Shown here: piece after piece, positions 58,847 through 64,000 of the stretch
Position numbering within the stretch: the first letter of the stretch is position 1
Layout: each line of letters opens with the position of its first letter
Position numbers and translations under genes: made by a program
Source: Planctomycetia bacterium
GTDB lineage: Bacteria; Planctomycetota; Planctomycetia; Pirellulales; UBA1268
Reading direction: 5' to 3'
Length of the DNA stretch: 64,000 bases
NCBI GenBank assembly: GCA_026401035.1
Contig: JAPLNR010000069.1
Span: forward strand, 44-64,043
Notes under the pieces: generated by a model
Database searches by the model: none
What the model was told of the DNA's origin: nothing
What the model saw: only the letters and a program-made list of their open reading frames with translations

Positions 58847-59296
58847 TCACTTCCGCGGTGCGGGCACATCGATGTTGTACTCGACGGCGGAGCGGGCGTC
58901 CTTGGGCACTTCAAGCGGCGGCGCGTTGAAGCTGGCCGGAACGTAACTGATCGCGGCGGCCGTCTCGGGGTCGCCGCCCGGCGGCAGGGTCTCGCAGATC
59001 ACCCGCACGTCGTACGTTCCCGGACGCAGGCCGTCCGCGTCGCGAAACGTGGCCGCCTTGTACTTTCCGTCGGCGTCGAATATCGCCCGGCCGGGCCGCG
59101 GATCGTGGCCTGTGTCGACTCGCCTTGCGGGCATGTCATTTGGCACGAACGCCAGGAGGCCGGAGGCCGGGGGCTTGCCGCCTCCGAAGCTCACGCGTCC
59201 GTGCACGGGAACCAGGTTCCGAGACTCGCCGCAGCCAACGGCTCCAACGAGCACCAGAAACACGAGAAGACCGGTGTGCATGCGAGAGGCTGTCAT
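58847..59296 (-). CDS. Small lipoprotein (carboxypeptidase-regulatory-like fold) of the type that accompanies DUF1559 genes
   Basis: Lipobox VLVGAVGC, VPVHGRVSF, DGLRPGTYDVRV; ATG overlaps the DUF1559 stop. Confidence 0.85.
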   Translation of the reverse strand: MTASRMHTGLLVFLVLVGAVGCGESRNLVPVHGRVSFGGGKPPASGLLAFVPNDMPARRVDTGHDPRPGRAIFDADGKYKAATFRDADGLRPGTYDVRVICETLPPGGDPETAAAISYVPASFNAPPLEVPKDARSAVEYNIDVPAPRK

Positions 59297-60357
59297 TCGA
59301 CGATCGCGATTACTTTGTCGATGGCCGAGAGTCGTCGCGTGCCCAATGCCTGAAGGAGGTCGTAGGTAATTGTTTCGCTTAAAAAACGGACGGACCCGTC
59401 CCCCATGGCGACCTGCGCGCCCCCGGCATGGCGGCTCTTGATTCCAGAATATGAGGCCTCTTGGCAGAGGTTCGTGCACGTGGTGCCGATTGCCCCTGCC
59501 GGGGCGATCCAATTGAGCGGAATGTTCGACACGAGGTGCCTGGTCAGCATGAATACGCCGTTGCTTTGGAAGTCGCCAGGCAGGAATTCACCGACCATGA
59601 TCGTGTTGGACAGGCCGTCAAGCACGCTATCAAACGTGATCCGGGTGATCGTTCCGCTGAAAAAACCGACGGCAGAAAGACCATTGATTCCATTTGAGTC
59701 GCAATTGCAGCAGGAACTCGTCAGAGAAGCTGCCGACGAAGGCTTGCAGAAGGTACAGCTCCACGGTTGACGAAGCGAAGCGGGCCCCATCGAGCCGCAA
59801 TACCAGAGCCCCTGCATGGTTCCCGTGCCCGACGAGGACCAGTAACCGCTGCCGCGATCGGTCAGGAGCGGTTGGGCGGCATTGGGGTCGGACGGGCAGA
59901 TGTAGGAGTCGATTCGCTTCGTGGTGAGGATTGTGGCGTTCGCCACGGGATAGGAGGTTGACGTCGTCGTGTCCCCCGCCTTTTTCGTGAAATCGATCGA
60001 GCTGAAGAGCGGCATCTGTTCCAATTGCGGGAGGATCGCCGCCGACCACGTATCTGGCGTGCCCCACTGATAGATGTTCTTGAAATTGATGCTGATGCCG
60101 GTGCCGCTGTAGGCGAGCTGTCTCCAGGCGCTGGACCGGTTGTTCATGCTGATCAACGGCATTGCGCCATTCGTGTCGTGGTATGTGTGCAGTGCCAGGG
60201 CCACCTGCTTCAGATTGCCGGCGCACGTGTTCCGTCGCGCCGCTTCGCGTGCCGTCTGGACGGCCGGCAGCAGCAACCCGACGAGCAGACCGACGATGGC
60301 CACGGTTGCCAAAAGTTCGATGAGCGTAAAACCGCGGTGTCGTTTCTGTCGTTTCAT
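59293..60357 (-). CDS. DUF1559 prepilin-type N-terminal cleavage protein
   Basis: RGFTLIELL, LLPAVQTAREAARR..C..NLKQ, CPSD, DGLSNTIMVGE, H-X9-DG (SRHAGGAQVAMGDGSV). Confidence 0.95.
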   Translation of the reverse strand: MKRQKRHRGFTLIELLATVAIVGLLVGLLLPAVQTAREAARRNTCAGNLKQVALALHTYHDTNGAMPLISMNNRSSAWRQLAYSGTGISINFKNIYQWGTPDTWSAAILPQLEQMPLFSSIDFTKKAGDTTTSTSYPVANATILTTKRIDSYICPSDPNAAQPLLTDRGSGYWSSSGTGTMQGLWYCGSMGPASLRQPWSCTFCKPSSAASLTSSCCNCDSNGINGLSAVGFFSGTITRITFDSVLDGLSNTIMVGEFLPGDFQSNGVFMLTRHLVSNIPLNWIAPAGAIGTTCTNLCQEASYSGIKSRHAGGAQVAMGDGSVRFLSETITYDLLQALGTRRLSAIDKVIAIVE

Positions 60358-63300
60358 GGCGTGTGGGCCCCGCGGCGCCGCTTCCAGAGCGACCAGCCGG
60401 CCATGACGATGCCGAAGCCAGCGAACACGACCGTACCCGGCTCGGGCACGATCACGAGCTGAATTCCATTGCCAGCGGCATTCACCTTCACCGAGATGTC
60501 GCTCAGGCTCGGCTGCGGGCCCTGCCAGCCCGTGAGGCTGATGTTGAAGAGGCTCGTGAGATTGCTGTTGGCGCCAAAGTTGTTGGTGCCGGACCCGAGC
60601 GTTGCGAAGCTCGTGATCAGGAACTCATAGCTCGAGCCCGCCACGTAGCCACTGTCCAGCGGGCCAGCCGCATTGCTGCCATTCAGCGTGACGAGGTTGA
60701 GATTGAACTTGCCGCCCGTCGAAAGGCCCGAGATGTCCAACGCGCCGCCCGAAACGGCGAGCAGATCCCAGTTGGTGCCAGCCGTGCCGGAAAGCGAATT
60801 CAGCTCCCACACATAGGTGCCGCCAGGGTTCCACGCGAGGCCGCTGGTAAAGGCCTGCGTGCCCGGCGAGTTGCCCGGGGAGAGAACCGCATTCGTGCCG
60901 ACGGTCACGGCCGAGCCGATCGTGCCGGTGCCGGAGAGCGTGCCACCGGCGCCTGCGAACGTGATCGCGGGCGCAAGTGCCGTTGCCGAGTTGTACTTGA
61001 AATCACCGCCGTTCAGAGTGATGCCGCTCGTGCCGTTGAGCGAGCCGGCGGATTCGACCGTGAGCCGGCCACCGGAAATCGCGGTGGCGCCCGTATAGCC
61101 GTTGCTGCCGGAGAGCGTGACGGTGCCCGCGGTAGACTTCGTGAGGCTGGCCGAGCCTGCCAGGTTGGCGAGCACACTGCCCGACCGGACATCAAAGGCG
61201 GCGGCACTCGTCAGCGCCCCGCCGCTGCCGCCGAGGATGCCGCCGGTGAGCGTGAAGCCAGAGACCGACTCGTTGCCGCCGAGCGTGAGCTGGCCGCTGG
61301 AGATCGTCAGGACCGAATTCGAGTTGAACCGCCCGGCAGAACCGAGCGAAGTCGTACCGTTCGAGACCGTGATCGCACCCGAGCCGAGGCCCGCATTGAC
61401 CGCTCCGCCCTGCAGGGCGTACCCGTTGGTTGCCGTAAGGGTGCCGGTGCCGACGAGCGAGCCGCTCGTGATCGTGAATCCGGCGACTGACGGGGCGTAG
61501 GTGGAAATGTTGAGCACGCCGCCGTTCACGGTGGATGTTCCCGTGCCGATGGCACTCGCCCGCCCGAGGGCCAATTCGCCGGCGCTGACGGTTGTGCTGC
61601 CGGAATACGAGTTGGAGCCGGAGAGCGTCTGCGTGCCGGTCCCGATCTTCGTGAGGTTGAGGATCGCGCTCGAGCCGCTGTTTTGGATCCTGCCGGCGAA
61701 GGTGCTCGTAGCGTTGTTGCCACCGAGTGTGAGCGTGGACGTCGAACTGGCGAGCATGTTATCGACGACGCTGTTGGTCGAGTACGTGCCCGAGGTGGGG
61801 TTCAGGCTAGAGAGGCCGTTGATTGTCTCACTGAAACCGTTCAGGTCGAACGTGACGGCGGAACCCATTGCAGATGTAGAAAGCGTGCCGCTATAGACGA
61901 GCACGGTTCCTTTGCCTTCACCATCGGGAATCACCTCCGAGGCGCCGAGGCGAACGCCGGCACCAGTTGCCGATGGAGTGGAAGGACCCCGTACAACAAA
62001 CTGAAAGTCACCGACGTACGAATTCGCGGTGTTCGAGATCGTCACGTAGGCAGTCTGACCATTAGCAGCTAGGTTTGGTCCGATCTGCAAAGCGGAGGCA
62101 CTGTTCGTTCCCGACAGCTTTGCAGCAATAGTCGACGAACCGCCGCCGGTTGGGGTGAGATAGTTCGTCCCAGTCCCGACAGTGATCCCTTGTGTAGCGC
62201 TGCCGAATGTGGCGCCAAAGGCTGCCAGGGCCGCGTTATTGGTCACAGTGAGGGCGTCATCGCCTGTAGTTCTGAACGCGGCATAATCCCACTTCGCATT
62301 ATTGATTACGGTCTTGCCGGTCCCACCGAGCCCCGAAGCCGTCCGAAATCCGTTGCCCGATGATCCACCAAGGACCGTCAGTGTACCGCCGCCAAAATTG
62401 GTATTAGCTTGCCAGATCTGGGTGTTGGAATTGGACAAAAGCAGCGTACCACCGTTTGCCCCGACCTGGATCGCCCAGTTGGACGACTGCGCGTTGCTCC
62501 ACGCGAGGTCGATGGTGCCGCCGTTGAGAAGGACCACGCCGCCCGTGCCGTTGCCCAGCGAGTTGGTGGCGCTCGTCACCCGGACCGTGCCCTGCAGGAT
62601 CGCCGTTGTGCCGGTATAGGTGTTGCCCGTGCCGAGCACGAGCGTGCCGAGTCCCGACTTCGTCAGGCCAGTGGCCGTAGAATTATTGGCAATCGCAGAA
62701 TTGAGCGTGAGCGTGTTGGCGGTGTTGTTCTGGATCACCACGAGATCGCCGCCGCTTGAGCCGGCGATCGTGCCGCCGGTGATCGTCGAGCCGTTGTTGC
62801 CCACGTTGGCGGTCACCAGGATGCCGTTGGAGACCGTGCTCAGGGCGGCGGGCAGCGTGAACGTGGTGGCACCGGCCGTGTTGAACCGCAGGCTGTTTGG
62901 CGTGATCGCCGCCGCGGGGCTCTGGGAGTTGTCGATGTCGATATTGGCGTTCGTGTAGCTCGCGGCCGTCGATCCGGCAGTAGAAGCGAGCGTGTAGCTC
63001 GAAAGGCCGGTGATCGCGCTGCTCCCGTTGGCGACCGCCCACGTCGTGCCGCCATAGGTGATGCCGCTGCCGAGGATGCTGTTGGTGTTGCCCGTGGACG
63101 TGATGAACGATCCGGTCGTGGGAATGTCGAGCGCCGAGCCCAGGTTTCGGGTGATTGCCCCGAAGTTGATCGTGTTCGAGGCGCCCGCGGCTACGGTGGA
63201 CCGGCCGGCGTTGAGCGTGGTGCTTGCGAACGATTGAGTGGCGGAGTCGCTGCGGCTCATGACCAGGCCGGCATTGCCGAGCGTCAGGGCGCTCGAACTG

Positions 63301-63998
63301 CTGATCGACCCGGCTGTGCCGCCGTTGCCGATCTGGAGCATGCCGGAGGTGATGCTCGTCGAGCCGGTGTAGGTGTTGGCATTCGTGAGCGTGAGCGTGC
63401 CCAGTCCGGACTTGACAAGCGAGAGCGAGGTGGCGCCGCCGTTGGAAATCGTGCCGCTGATCGCGGTCGCGCCAGCCCCGCCGACGGTGAGCGTCTTTGC
63501 CCCCGCGGTGCCACCGCTCCCGCCCGTGATGCCGCCTGCGAACGTGAGATTGTTGGTGAGGCTGTTGTTGGAGAGCGTGAAACTTCCGGCCGCGGCGTTC
63601 GTGCCGAGCACGAGCAGGGCGTTGATCAACTGGTCGTTCGCGACCGTCGAGGTCATCGCCACGGTTCCCGAACTCGCCAATCGCAGCGTCTGGTTGGCCG
63701 CGCCGCCGGAGCCGATCGTGTAGCCCGCCGCGGTGGCAGTGTCGAAGAGTACCGAGAGCACCGTCGACGTGCCGCTCAGGTCGATGGTCGTATTTCCGTT
63801 GCCCGCGGCGTTGAAGACGGCGCCGTCAGCCACGCCGGGCGTGCCGCTTGTCGGGTTCCAGTTGGTGGTGTTCGTCCACAGGGCGCTCGTCGTGCCCGTC
63901 CACGTGTACGTCGCCGCCGCGGCGGGCGACACGGAGACCGCGGCCGTCGCAAGCAGGCTGCCGAGGAACCGTCGCAGTGATGCGGTCAGCCGGCCGGT
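60354..63998 (-). CDS. PEP-CTERM surface protein with autotransporter-associated beta-strand repeats (5' end outside window)
   Basis: Repeats L-x-K-x-G-x-G-T-L-x-L...N-x-Y-x-G-x-T; LSPGNSPG; C-terminal VPEP, TM and KRRR. Frame is open to the window edge. Confidence 0.93.
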   Translation of the reverse strand, partial: TGRLTASLRRFLGSLLATAAVSVSPAAAATYTWTGTTSALWTNTTNWNPTSGTPGVADGAVFNAAGNGNTTIDLSGTSTVLSVLFDTATAAGYTIGSGGAANQTLRLASSGTVAMTSTVANDQLINALLVLGTNAAAGSFTLSNNSLTNNLTFAGGITGGSGGTAGAKTLTVGGAGATAISGTISNGGATSLSLVKSGLGTLTLTNANTYTGSTSITSGMLQIGNGGTAGSISSSSALTLGNAGLVMSRSDSATQSFASTTLNAGRSTVAAGASNTINFGAITRNLGSALDIPTTGSFITSTGNTNSILGSGITYGGTTWAVANGSSAITGLSSYTLASTAGSTAASYTNANIDIDNSQSPAAAITPNSLRFNTAGATTFTLPAALSTVSNGILVTANVGNNGSTITGGTIAGSSGGDLVVIQNNTANTLTLNSAIANNSTATGLTKSGLGTLVLGTGNTYTGTTAILQGTVRVTSATNSLGNGTGGVVLLNGGTIDLAWSNAQSSNWAIQVGANGGTLLLSNSNTQIWQANTNFGGGTLTVLGGSSGNGFRTASGLGGTGKTVINNAKWDYAAFRTTGDDALTVTNNAALAAFGATFGSATQGITVGTGTNYLTPTGGGSSTIAAKLSGTNSASALQIGPNLAANGQTAYVTISNTANSYVGDFQFVVRGPSTPSATGAGVRLGASEVIPDGEGKGTVLVYSGTLSTSAMGSAVTFDLNGFSETINGLSSLNPTSGTYSTNSVVDNMLASSTSTLTLGGNNATSTFAGRIQNSGSSAILNLTKIGTGTQTLSGSNSYSGSTTVSAGELALGRASAIGTGTSTVNGGVLNISTYAPSVAGFTITSGSLVGTGTLTATNGYALQGGAVNAGLGSGAITVSNGTTSLGSAGRFNSNSVLTISSGQLTLGGNESVSGFTLTGGILGGSGGALTSAAAFDVRSGSVLANLAGSASLTKSTAGTVTLSGSNGYTGATAISGGRLTVESAGSLNGTSGITLNGGDFKYNSATALAPAITFAGAGGTLSGTGTIGSAVTVGTNAVLSPGNSPGTQAFTSGLAWNPGGTYVWELNSLSGTAGTNWDLLAVSGGALDISGLSTGGKFNLNLVTLNGSNAAGPLDSGYVAGSSYEFLITSFATLGSGTNNFGANSNLTSLFNISLTGWQGPQPSLSDISVKVNAAGNGIQLVIVPEPGTVVFAGFGIVMAGWSLWKRRRGAHTP

Positions 63999-64000
63999 TA

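Noticed and set aside
60354-63998. Classical type V autotransporter
   Set aside because: No C-terminal beta-barrel; the protein ends in a PEP-CTERM sorting signal.
1-64000. Many long antisense or alternative-frame ORFs (e.g. 39703-42177 +, 31296-33371 +, 35537-38104 -, 51891-54056 +)
   Set aside because: Shadow ORFs expected at high GC; they overlap well-supported genes and lack recognisable motifs.

Overview
High-GC bacterial DNA, very likely Planctomycetota (DUF1559, DUF1501, DUF1549/DUF1553, PVC-type CxxCH dehydrogenase, PEP-CTERM). All family assignments come from motif recognition by eye, with no database search. About 45 CDS; no rRNA, tRNA or CRISPR array was seen. 1-25 kb is mostly metabolic: fabF, a DTW protein, a sugar-oxidation cluster with an XylR-like regulator, an RRM protein, a desaturase, a GT4/GH130 pair and a DHDPS-like/flavin oxidoreductase/epimerase cluster. 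26.5-34 kb holds the most interesting unit: a coupled TPR-ExbB-ExbD operon. Its last gene has an exact TonB/TolA-type S-H-L-S membrane anchor, a very long Pro/Ala-rich linker and a C-terminal QW-repeat alpha/alpha barrel in place of TonB_C. 43-64 kb is a scarred accessory region with three of the window's four toxin-antitoxin pairs (the fourth is at 25.3-26.1 kb), gene stubs, a truncated histidine kinase paralog and two IS91-like tails flanking a DUF1501 cluster. It ends in a PEP-CTERM/DUF1559/lipoprotein/kinase module with AT-richer internal segments. A 22-bp GTAG-type REP occurs four times. Two otherwise intact genes appear broken by deletions at short repeats, which may be real or assembly artefacts.
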